Shown one piece after another: positions 8,632-16,345 of a stretch of 32,000 nucleotides of DNA (position 1 is the stretch's first letter; every line of letters starts with the position of its first letter). Position numbers and translations under genes: made by a program. Below the pieces are notes generated by a model that saw only the letters and a list, made by a program, of their open reading frames with translations, was not told the DNA's origin and made no database searches. The DNA comes from Candidatus Arthromitus sp. SFB-rat-Yit (GTDB lineage: Bacteria > Bacillota > Clostridia > Clostridiales > Clostridiaceae), in assembly GCF_000283555.1 (NCBI RefSeq), contig NC_016012.1, forward strand, positions 961,012-993,011, written 5' to 3'.

Positions 8632-9255
8632 ATGAATCAAAATAACAAAGAATTTATACAAGATCCTTGGGCAAGAGTAACTACAAGAAATGGTCTTGCT
8701 GGGGATGAGGTTATATCTTCACTACAAAAATGTATAAGACGTGGACTTGTTGAGGAAGCTTGTAAATTTGCTTACGAAATGTATATAACATCACCCCAAA
8801 TGGAGGATAAACTTTGGAGAAGACTCATCACTATAACTGTTGAAGATATTGGTATGGGTGACGTTAATGCTCCAATACTAATAAACAACTTAAATGAAAT
8901 GAGAAAAAATTATGCTTACGCTGATGGCGATAGACCAATATTTTTCATACACGCAATCAGATATCTATGTGAGTGCCAAAAAGATCGCTCAAGTGATTTA
9001 CTTAAAAATATAATTATAAAGAATTTTGCTATGGGCTTTGTTCCTGAAATTCCAGATTTTGCTTTAGATAAGCACACTATAAGAGGAGCAAAAATGGGAA
9101 GAGATTCATTCCATTTCTTGAATGAAGCAAGTAAAGTAATTCCTCAACTCCCTATAAACAACGACTATAAAGAGCGTTACGAAGAAATATTAAAAAAATA
9201 TAATCCTAATGATGTTTGCGATTCAGCATTTAAATATAATCCTTGGCAGGAATAA
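8632..9255 (+). CDS. stand-alone MgsA/RarA C-terminal-like domain protein (no AAA+ ATPase module)
   Basis: GDEVISSLQKCIRRG..A..FAYEMY..LWRRLITITVEDIGMGDVNA....FFIHAIRYLCECQKDRSS parallels the RarA C-terminal region (YDLISALHKSVRGS..AALYW.ARI..ARRCLAIASEDVGNADPRA....AQAIVYLACAPKSNA). AAGGGGGA RBS lies 8 nt upstream. The assignment is from memory of the motif only. Confidence 0.6.
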   Translation: MNQNNKEFIQDPWARVTTRNGLAGDEVISSLQKCIRRGLVEEACKFAYEMYITSPQMEDKLWRRLITITVEDIGMGDVNAPILINNLNEMRKNYAYADGDRPIFFIHAIRYLCECQKDRSSDLLKNIIIKNFAMGFVPEIPDFALDKHTIRGAKMGRDSFHFLNEASKVIPQLPINNDYKERYEEILKKYNPNDVCDSAFKYNPWQE

Positions 9256-9278
9256 TAAAACGAAAGGTTTAATGAGAA

Positions 9279-10574
9279 ATGAAATCGAATTCAATATTTG
9301 AAAAACTAGATAAAACGTTATCACCAATAAGCACAAAAATAGCAAACCAACGTCATTTAAGAGCCGTTTCAACTGGTATGATGCTCACACTACCTCTAAT
9401 TGTAATAGGCTCCCTTTTTCTAATAATAGCAAACCCACCAATAAATCCAGATATAATTGATCCAAATACAACAAATATATTTTTAAAATTTCTTCTTTCA
9501 TGGAAATCGTTTGCAGTAGAAAATTATTCCTTAATCACTACTCCATATGATATGACAATGGGACTTTTAGGTGTTGCATCAGCATTTACAATTTCATATG
9601 CTTTAGCTAATGAATATAAGATGAAAAGCATAATGTCAGGGCTTATATCAATGTGTGTATATTTTATGGTATCTGCAACTGTAATTGAAGGAAATATATC
9701 GACGGCATTTTTAGGGTCTGACGGGTTATTTGTTGCAATAATCATTGGTCTTTTATCAGTAGAAATAACTAGATTAATAGAAAAAAAGGGGTTTCAAATT
9801 AAAATGCCAGACAGTGTTCCCCCTGCTGTAACATCGTTTATAAATTCAATGTTTCCACTACTTGCAAACATCCTAATCATATATGGAATAAACATAATAA
9901 TAAAAGTTAACTTTAATATGTCAATTCCTCAAGCTATAATGTCTATATTGAATCCTGCTCTTTCTGTCGTAGATAATTTATGGGGATTTTTATTAATCAT
10001 GACATTTGGAAATCTATTGTGGATTATAGGCGTTAATGGTACATCAATAATTTTCCCAATTGTATTTACTCTTGGGATAACTAACACTGGACTCAATGCT
10101 GATTTGCTTGCATCAGGTCAAACTCCAAATCTTTTAATGAACCTACAAATGTTTAGAATTACAGTTCTTGGTGGAGCTGGGAATACATTGGGACTTATAA
10201 TTTTAATGATGTTTAGTAAATCTGTTCATTTAAAATCATTAGGTAAGCTATCGATTGTTCCAGGAATATGTGGAATCAATGAGCCTATAATTTTTGGTGC
10301 TCCAATTGTATTTAATACAATGCTCGTTATACCATTTTTATTAACTCCAATAGTTACAGTAAGCATGACATATTTTGCACAAAAAATTGGATTAATAGGT
10401 CTTGGATATTTAGTTGATCCATCATTTACTCCATTCTTTGCTCAAGCTTACTTATCATCACTTGATTTTAGAAATGTTATATTTTCATTCTTTTTAGTTC
10501 TCGTAAGTCTTGTTATATACTATCCGTTCTTCAAAGTTTATGAAAAAAATACACTAATCAAAGAAACTAAATAA
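9279..10574 (+). CDS. PTS EIIC permease, lactose/cellobiose (type 3) family; no EIIA/EIIB partner in the window
   Basis: 431-aa polytopic protein. The N-terminus ..LSPISTKIANQRHLRAVSTGMMLTLPLIVIGSLFLIIANPP.. and ..GINEPIIFGAPIVFN.. are typical of CelB/ChbC-type EIIC. It starts 23 nt after the preceding gene. Confidence 0.85.
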   Translation: MKSNSIFEKLDKTLSPISTKIANQRHLRAVSTGMMLTLPLIVIGSLFLIIANPPINPDIIDPNTTNIFLKFLLSWKSFAVENYSLITTPYDMTMGLLGVASAFTISYALANEYKMKSIMSGLISMCVYFMVSATVIEGNISTAFLGSDGLFVAIIIGLLSVEITRLIEKKGFQIKMPDSVPPAVTSFINSMFPLLANILIIYGINIIIKVNFNMSIPQAIMSILNPALSVVDNLWGFLLIMTFGNLLWIIGVNGTSIIFPIVFTLGITNTGLNADLLASGQTPNLLMNLQMFRITVLGGAGNTLGLIILMMFSKSVHLKSLGKLSIVPGICGINEPIIFGAPIVFNTMLVIPFLLTPIVTVSMTYFAQKIGLIGLGYLVDPSFTPFFAQAYLSSLDFRNVIFSFFLVLVSLVIYYPFFKVYEKNTLIKETK

Positions 10575-10582
10575 AAACAATT

Positions 10583-10620
10583 AAAAGGCATATCAATCTT
10601 GATATGCCTTTTATCTTTTT
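10583..10620 (+). terminator. rho-independent terminator after the EIIC gene
   Basis: A perfect 13-bp stem (AAAAGGCATATCA / TGATATGCCTTTT) has a 4-nt loop and is followed by a T-rich tail. Confidence 0.85.
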
Positions 10621-10728
10621 AAATAATCTTGCAAATTTTTAGAGTATTTAAATCAAATATCGGGAATAATATTCATGTTTTATGTTCAATAATTTTTTTC
10701 ACATTGTAAATTACAAGGAGTGAGATGA

Positions 10729-12330
10729 ATGAAAGATATGGAAAACAACAATTTATTTCCAATTAGTTTGCTAATAGATCGAATAATTTCTAAATTTAAT
10801 CCAACTAATTGCGAAAATTTATATATTATTTATTCGTTTATATTTGACGATAACGATCCTATATATTTAGAAGTTAAAGATGGTTTTTGTAAAATTTTAA
10901 ATCATACTCCTTTACATATAAATACAACTATTAGAACAAGTCATAAAATTTGGCAAGAAATTTGTTTAAATAAAGCATCATTAAAAAATGCACTAAAAGA
11001 AAACCTAATTAAATGTGATGGTGAAATTAAAAATTACATATTGCTATGCAACCTACTTGAAAAAGATTTACCTAATGACATAAAAAATTCCAATGCATTC
11101 TCTATCTCAAAAACTTCATCTAATGAAAACACTTCAAAAAATAAAGAGTTAACCCAAAATCAAAACACCATAACTAAAATCGAAACACCTTCAAACATAA
11201 TAACCATAACAGAACCTAATCTTCCAGAAATTGAGGTAGATGAATCTACTATTTCAGATAACAAGACATCCATACTAATCAATACCGTACCAAATGATAA
11301 CATAAAAACAGAAGATAAGAATGCAAATAAAAAATCAATAAAACATCATAAAAAAAGGAAATTCAAGAAAAACATCTTTAGTAAAGATAAGAAACCTAAA
11401 AAGAATAAAACTCCCAAAATAAAATCAAACAACATAAAATATCTTTCAATAAGATCTCTATTAAATGTAATGGTAGCAAATTTTAACCACGCTCTTGCAA
11501 ACGACCTAAACATAACATACAAATTTATATTTGAAAATCCAAAACCAATTTATCTTGTAATTAAAAATAAAACTGCAAAATTACGCTATCAATTAAATGA
11601 CGAAATAAACACTACAATAATATCAAATTATAAAACTTGGTACAAAATAATTTTTAAAAATTTAAAAATCGAAACTGCACTATTGGACGAAAAAATTAAA
11701 TGCATTGGGGAAACTAAAAATTTAGAGTTGTTAAACAAATTGTTTAAACATGTCGAAGAAAACAACGAACAAAAAATTACAACTTTAAAACTTAATCCCA
11801 TAATTTGGTTTGTTTTAGCTATAATACCCTGGTTATTTTACTGGACACTTTTACACATTTGTCAACCACTATTCACTTCAACTTTCGCTGTTTTATACAC
11901 TACAATTTTTATAACAATCATAAAACCTAGACATTTTAAAAAAATCACAAAACTTGAAGCGTTAACATTAATTATTTTTCCATTTTACAATCTATTTAAT
12001 GTTTTAAATCCAATTGTATTTAACGATATTGTTTCATCATTTTTCCTCAACATAATATTAATTTTAACTCTTTTCATGAGTTCAGGATGCGAAAAATCAA
12101 TTATGTCGGAATATTCCGAAATTTCTTATAATTCAGAAATTGCTAAAACAATTCTCTTCAAAAATATAAATAAAAATTTAACAATATTATGGTCAATTTT
12201 ATTTACAATTAGATTCATTTTATCATTAGTTTTAGACACACCTTTGCACACTATATCTTATATATTTATCGGATTTGGGATATTCATTTCATGGATATAT
12301 TTGAAATTAAACCTAAATATCAAAGGCTGA
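10729..12330 (+). CDS. membrane protein with two SCP2-like (alkyl-sulfatase-C-like) domains, a polybasic linker and a C-terminal multi-TM domain
   Basis: 533 aa. AAGGAG lies 8 nt before the ATG. There is an internal duplication: residues ~20-110 (..NLYIIYSFIFDDNDPIYLEVKDGFCKI..NTTIRTSHKIWQEICLNK..ALKENLIKCDGEIKN..LLCNLL) and ~250-340 (..NITYKFIFENPKPIYLVIKNKTAKL..NTTIISNYKTWYKIIFKN..ALLDEKIKCIGETKNLELLNKL). A K/N-rich linker includes KKSIKHHKKRKFKKNIFSKDKKPKKNKTPKIK. Residues ~350-533 contain several hydrophobic helices. Confidence 0.7.
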   Translation: MKDMENNNLFPISLLIDRIISKFNPTNCENLYIIYSFIFDDNDPIYLEVKDGFCKILNHTPLHINTTIRTSHKIWQEICLNKASLKNALKENLIKCDGEIKNYILLCNLLEKDLPNDIKNSNAFSISKTSSNENTSKNKELTQNQNTITKIETPSNIITITEPNLPEIEVDESTISDNKTSILINTVPNDNIKTEDKNANKKSIKHHKKRKFKKNIFSKDKKPKKNKTPKIKSNNIKYLSIRSLLNVMVANFNHALANDLNITYKFIFENPKPIYLVIKNKTAKLRYQLNDEINTTIISNYKTWYKIIFKNLKIETALLDEKIKCIGETKNLELLNKLFKHVEENNEQKITTLKLNPIIWFVLAIIPWLFYWTLLHICQPLFTSTFAVLYTTIFITIIKPRHFKKITKLEALTLIIFPFYNLFNVLNPIVFNDIVSSFFLNIILILTLFMSSGCEKSIMSEYSEISYNSEIAKTILFKNINKNLTILWSILFTIRFILSLVLDTPLHTISYIFIGFGIFISWIYLKLNLNIKG

Positions 12331-12356
12331 ATATTTATATATTCAGCCTTTTGTTT
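12322..12356 (+). terminator. rho-independent terminator overlapping the stop codon
   Basis: A perfect 13-bp stem (AAAGGCTGAATAT / ATATTCAGCCTTT) has a 4-nt loop and is followed by TGTTT. Confidence 0.8.
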
Positions 12357-12379
12357 ACATTTAATTCATTTTTTTGATA

Positions 12380-12408
12380 TTGACTTAACAATAAATTTTT
12401 TTTATACT
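12380..12408 (+). promoter_or_regulatory. near-consensus sigma-A promoter with no convincing gene behind it
   Basis: TTGACT (12380-12385), an exactly 17-nt spacer, then TATACT (12403-12408). Confidence 0.45.
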
Positions 12409-12838
12409 ATATTTATGCAATCAAGTTATTGCATAAAAAATATTACAAAATATCACATAGTAATAGTTTTTTAAGAGTTGGTATTTTATTTTATATAGAA
12501 TTCATTTATAGTATGAATTCTTACATAGTAAATACTCTTTCTATACTTATATCTTTAATTTTAAATACTATAATTGGCATCTTAGTATTTGAGAATAAAA
12601 ATATAAGTGTTCCTAATTAATACAATAGGTGATTTTAGCTTAGTATTTATTAATTTGAGTGTTAATTGTTTTGTAGCCTGATTAATATTCTTGCTTACGG
12701 TTTTACTAAGTTTCCCATTTACATATTTAAATAGGACAAGTTAGAGTGTAAGGCTTAATGCTTTATTCCTATTATTATAAATAAATTATTAACTCAAAAC
12801 CGATTGTAGAATAAAAAGTCAATACAATCAAAACAACT

Positions 12839-12880
12839 GGGTATAGGTTTTAAAAATCTATACCCTACTCTATTTTTTAA
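12839..12880. terminator. hairpin terminator downstream of sigF, probably bidirectional
   Basis: An 8-bp stem (GGGTATAG 12839-12846 / CTATACCC 12858-12865) has an 11-nt loop. The plus strand continues TACTCTATTTTTT. The minus strand continues AGTTGTTTTG, a weaker T-tract. Confidence 0.55.
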
Positions 12881-13642
12881 TCAGTAATCTTTTAAAATGC
12901 CTTTTAACTTTGCTAATATCTTTTTTTCAATACGAGAAACTTGAACTTGACTAATCCCAAGTACAGAAGCTACCTGTATTTGTGTCTTATCTTTAAAATA
13001 TCTAAGCATTATAATTTGCCTACTTTTCTCATCAAGTTTACTTATCATTTCTTTCAATACAAGTCTGTTTAAAATAATAGAATCATCAGATGCCTTTTCT
13101 TCAATTTTATCAATCAAAAGAATCGGCGATCCATCATCTTGATGCACAGTATCATATAAATACTGTGTACTAGAACAAGAATCTATAGCTAAAATTATAT
13201 CTTCAACACTCAACTTAGTGTATTCAGCCAATTCATAAACTGTTGGTTCTCTATTTAGCTCTTTTGTAAGCTCATCACGCTTAAACATTATTTTTCTCGA
13301 TATCCCTTTTACATTTCTGCTAATTTTAACGATACCATCATCTCTTAAAAACCTTTTTATTTCACCCAAGATCATAGGAACAGCATACGTAGAGAATTTA
13401 ACATTATACTCACTATTAAAATTTTTAATAGCTTTAATAAGTCCAAGTGCCCCGACTTGGTAAATATCATCGTAGTCGTATCCTCTACCCAAAAATTTCT
13501 TACTTAGTGATGCAACTAATGGTAAATTAACCTCCAAGAGCAAATCTTCAGCTTTTTTATCTCCATTTCTTACTCTCTTTAAAAGTTCATCATTTTCATA
13601 ATGACGTAAAGCATTGCTGAAGACTGAATTTTCATATGCCAT
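12881..13642 (-). CDS. sigF: sporulation sigma factor sigma-F (SpoIIAC)
   Basis: 253-aa sigma-70 family protein with region 2 (..DIYQVGALGLIKAIKNF..FSTYAVPMILGEIKRFLRDD..) and a region 4 HTH (..TQIQVASVLGISQVQVSRIEKK..). It is the third gene after spoIIAA and spoIIAB. Confidence 0.92.
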   Translation of the reverse strand: MAYENSVFSNALRHYENDELLKRVRNGDKKAEDLLLEVNLPLVASLSKKFLGRGYDYDDIYQVGALGLIKAIKNFNSEYNVKFSTYAVPMILGEIKRFLRDDGIVKISRNVKGISRKIMFKRDELTKELNREPTVYELAEYTKLSVEDIILAIDSCSSTQYLYDTVHQDDGSPILLIDKIEEKASDDSIILNRLVLKEMISKLDEKSRQIIMLRYFKDKTQIQVASVLGISQVQVSRIEKKILAKLKGILKDY

Positions 13643-13654
13643 TATACACTCACC

Positions 13655-14107
13655 TTACTTTTTTATATACTTTACCATTTTAATATGAGTTCCCTTATCT
13701 CTGCTACTATCAACATATAATTCGTCCATAAAACTTTCCATCACTGAAAATCCCATGCCCGAACGTTCAAGATCAGGTCTTGATGTATATAGAGGCTCTC
13801 TTGCCTGATCAATATTATCAATTCCACATCCATAGTCTATAATACTTATTGTAACTTTATATTTGTCATTGTCATTATTGTCTTCTTCATTATCTTCAAT
13901 ACCAACATTAATAACTACATTAGTATTTTTATCTTCATTATAACCATGTATTATAGCGTTAGTAACAGCCTCTGACACTGCAGTTTTAACATCGCTAATC
14001 TCTTCAAGTGTTGGGTCAAGTTGAGCAATAAATGCAGCGACAGCAACCCTAGCAAAACTTTCATTGCTAGACCTACTGCTTAAAGTTAAACTCATACTAT
14101 TTTGCAT
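13655..14107 (-). CDS. spoIIAB: anti-sigma-F factor / serine protein kinase SpoIIAB
   Basis: Collinear with remembered B. subtilis SpoIIAB ([18 protein letters not shown]....[15 protein letters not shown]; [17 protein letters not shown]). AGGGGGA lies 5 nt before the ATG at 14107, and the track start at 14125 overlaps the spoIIAA stop. Confidence 0.92.
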   Translation of the reverse strand: MQNSMSLTLSSRSSNESFARVAVAAFIAQLDPTLEEISDVKTAVSEAVTNAIIHGYNEDKNTNVVINVGIEDNEEDNNDNDKYKVTISIIDYGCGIDNIDQAREPLYTSRPDLERSGMGFSVMESFMDELYVDSSRDKGTHIKMVKYIKK

Positions 14108-14117
14108 ACAAATCCCC

Positions 14118-14462
14118 CTAAGCATTATTCATAACCTCTGTTAAATCACTATGTATTTTTACAATTTTATTAATACCCGACAATTCAATAACTTTTTTAA
14201 TTGTTTGATTCAAATTAACTAAAAACACTTGTCCATTCTTAGCTGTTATCTTTTTATGTCTTCCAATTATTATTCCAATGCCTGAACTATCCATAAACGA
14301 AACATTTTTAAAATCAAAAACTAAATTTTTAGAAGTGGAAGTATCTATGTAGTAATCTATTTTTATCCTTATATATTCAGCTGAATGATGATCTAATTCT
14401 CCATTAAGATAAGCTACAATAGTATTATTTTGCTCTTCACAAAAAACTTCCAAAAAAAACAT
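14118..14462 (-). CDS. spoIIAA: anti-sigma-F factor antagonist SpoIIAA (STAS domain)
   Basis: [11 protein letters not shown] and the phospho-serine motif [13 protein letters not shown] match B. subtilis SpoIIAA (LTGELDHHTAE; FMDSSGLGVILGR). The start is uncertain by a few codons, since a TTG 3 codons in has better RBS spacing. Confidence 0.9.
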   Translation of the reverse strand: MFFLEVFCEEQNNTIVAYLNGELDHHSAEYIRIKIDYYIDTSTSKNLVFDFKNVSFMDSSGIGIIIGRHKKITAKNGQVFLVNLNQTIKKVIELSGINKIVKIHSDLTEVMNNA

Positions 14463-14608
14463 CCTTTCTAAAAAACGAATTTGGGATATCTTGAATATGT
14501 AAAAATTTTACAATATTATAATAATAAATTCAATATAAAAATGTAAATATTTTCTATATTCTTATAAAAATTCAATATACCAAAATTTTTATATGCTAAA
14601 ATCTTATA

Positions 14609-15271
14609 CTACTTTACTAATTGTATAATCTTGATATCATTATTTATCCTATAAACTAAATGATCACTATTTTTCATAACAAGACAAATATCTTCATCAT
14701 CATAAAGTTTTTTGAAAAGCTTCAATTTATTTTCAACACTCAATAAAAATTTTTCATTTATTGTTTGTATTGGAACATCATTTTTATATGTAACAGAATC
14801 ATTCATCTTATTTAATATAAAGCTCAAAACACTATCCAAATCTTCATTCAATAAATACAAATAAATCTCCATAATACATGAAAGATCTATCTCTTCTAAA
14901 AGATCTACAAGTTTTATATACAACTTAATATCAAAATTATTTTTAAATTTCATTCCAACTAATATTGAATCGATCTTGAATAAAATATTTTTAATATCTT
15001 TATTACTAAAAATTCCATCGCAAATATTTTTGATATGTTTAATATTAATTGGTTGACTTGTATAATGCACATTTAAATTTAATCTACTAACATAACCTTC
15101 TATAATTCCAAAAATATTTTTATTAAAATTATTAAAAATCTTATAGAAAACATTCCGAATTTCGTTTAATATAGTCGCCTGGTCAAATGAGTCTTCTAAA
15201 TCATTCAATAATTTTATAACATTATAACCATCACCAAATAGGAAAAAATATCTTTCACTACAATATTTCAT
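14609..15271 (-). CDS. hypothetical cytoplasmic protein (220 aa)
   Basis: GAGGAG lies about 10 nt before the ATG, and the ORF is uninterrupted. No signal peptide, TM segment or family is recognised. Confidence 0.6.
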   Translation of the reverse strand: MKYCSERYFFLFGDGYNVIKLLNDLEDSFDQATILNEIRNVFYKIFNNFNKNIFGIIEGYVSRLNLNVHYTSQPINIKHIKNICDGIFSNKDIKNILFKIDSILVGMKFKNNFDIKLYIKLVDLLEEIDLSCIMEIYLYLLNEDLDSVLSFILNKMNDSVTYKNDVPIQTINEKFLLSVENKLKLFKKLYDDEDICLVMKNSDHLVYRINNDIKIIQLVK

Positions 15272-15354
15272 CTATTTTTTACTCCTCATTATTACAAAAT
15301 TGTTAACTATTTATTACTATTTTAACACATTGTTAACTTTTCACACAATATATT

Positions 15355-15383
15355 AAAAACAAAAAAACCTCCATTAGGAGGTT
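15355..15383 (-). terminator. rho-independent terminator after the M28 peptidase gene
   Basis: On the minus strand, AACCTCC, a TAAT loop, then GGAGGTT, followed by TTTTTTTGTTTTT. The stem overlaps the stop codon. Confidence 0.75.
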
Positions 15384-16341
15384 AAATACCATTTAATATA
15401 AACTCTTTGATCAAACTTACATAATTCGTTAAACGCTCTTTTATTCTCTTGTCAAAAAAATTCTCTAGAAAGTTCATATTATCCATTGGTGTGTGAATTA
15501 TTCTTCCAAACATTTCGGTCTGTGTACGTCCGTCATTTTCCCCAGCGTTCCAATTTGTCGATTCAAAATATAAAACAGGTATTCCGCTTTCAAAAAAAGG
15601 GTAATAATCGCTTTTGGTATTCGTAAAACTTACATCTTCCCCATCTCTTAAATTAACTTTTATATCTATCTCCATATTTTGAGCAATCTCCATAAGCTTC
15701 TCCAGAAATAAATTATCTGTTTCTTCAATTTTTTCATCTTTATAAACATTATAGACATACATATTATCTCCAGATACTAATGTATCCAAGTTAATCATGT
15801 ATTTTATTCTTTCCTTCTCCGAATCACTCAATGACTCTACATAATTATAAGATCCGTGAAGTCCACGCCCCAATAAATTTATCTCTTCCGCTCCAAAAAA
15901 TATAAATTTTAAATCATACGGGGTATTGATATCTCGAAAAATTTTGCAAAGTTCTAAGAGTATAGAAATTCCTGAACCATTGTCATCAAATGCATTTCCT
16001 TCGATACGTCCATCATAATGTGCTCCTAAAATTATAACTTTTGAAGAATCCATACCTTTTTTATTCACTTCGATATTTTCAGTTTCGTGTCCATCGACAT
16101 CAAATTTATCTATATTGACCTTATAACCCAAATCTTTCAAAACATTTTTTATGTACTTTCTTGAATTTATTTCACTTTGTGTTAAGAACACTCTATTCCC
16201 TATCGATGAAAATTTTAATAAATGTTTGTATGCAATATCTCCATTTATAGCCATTACATTAAACGAATCAAAATTATAAATCAATATTAATAGAACTACA
16301 ACTATATGAATATATTTCTTCAATGCAATATCACCCCTCAT
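15382..16341 (-). CDS. secreted or membrane-anchored M28-family zinc aminopeptidase
   Basis: ..ILGAHYDG.., ..FDDNGSGISILLE.. and ..FIFFGAEEINLLG.. are the M28 metal-ligand blocks (H, D, EE). The N-terminus is hydrophobic. An alternative start, the TTG at 16323 (MKKYIHIVVVLL..), follows GAGGGGTG by 8 nt and may be the true start. Confidence 0.85.
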   Translation of the reverse strand: MRGDIALKKYIHIVVVLLILIYNFDSFNVMAINGDIAYKHLLKFSSIGNRVFLTQSEINSRKYIKNVLKDLGYKVNIDKFDVDGHETENIEVNKKGMDSSKVIILGAHYDGRIEGNAFDDNGSGISILLELCKIFRDINTPYDLKFIFFGAEEINLLGRGLHGSYNYVESLSDSEKERIKYMINLDTLVSGDNMYVYNVYKDEKIEETDNLFLEKLMEIAQNMEIDIKVNLRDGEDVSFTNTKSDYYPFFESGIPVLYFESTNWNAGENDGRTQTEMFGRIIHTPMDNMNFLENFFDKRIKERLTNYVSLIKEFILNGI

Positions 16342-16345
16342 AATA

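Noticed and set aside
12429-12620. A 63-aa ORF with one hydrophobic helix in the ORF-poor gap.
   Set aside because: It is not called as a CDS. It has a TTG start without an RBS, and its internal ATG also lacks an RBS. It is kept only as a hypothesis within the sRNA/small-peptide finding.
13859-13897. An acidic insertion ([13 protein letters not shown]) in SpoIIAB relative to B. subtilis, lying between the N-box and the G1 box.
   Set aside because: It is a short low-complexity D/N/E loop of the kind common in very AT-rich genomes. The catalytic boxes are intact, so it is unlikely to be functionally notable.
14463-14608. I searched upstream of spoIIAA for a sigma-H promoter (AGGA..GAAT) and Spo0A boxes (TGTCGAA).
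   Set aside because: GAAT-containing candidates exist (for example ATTGAATTT), but none has an AGGA-type -35 at the right spacing. No good 0A box was found, so no promoter is reported.
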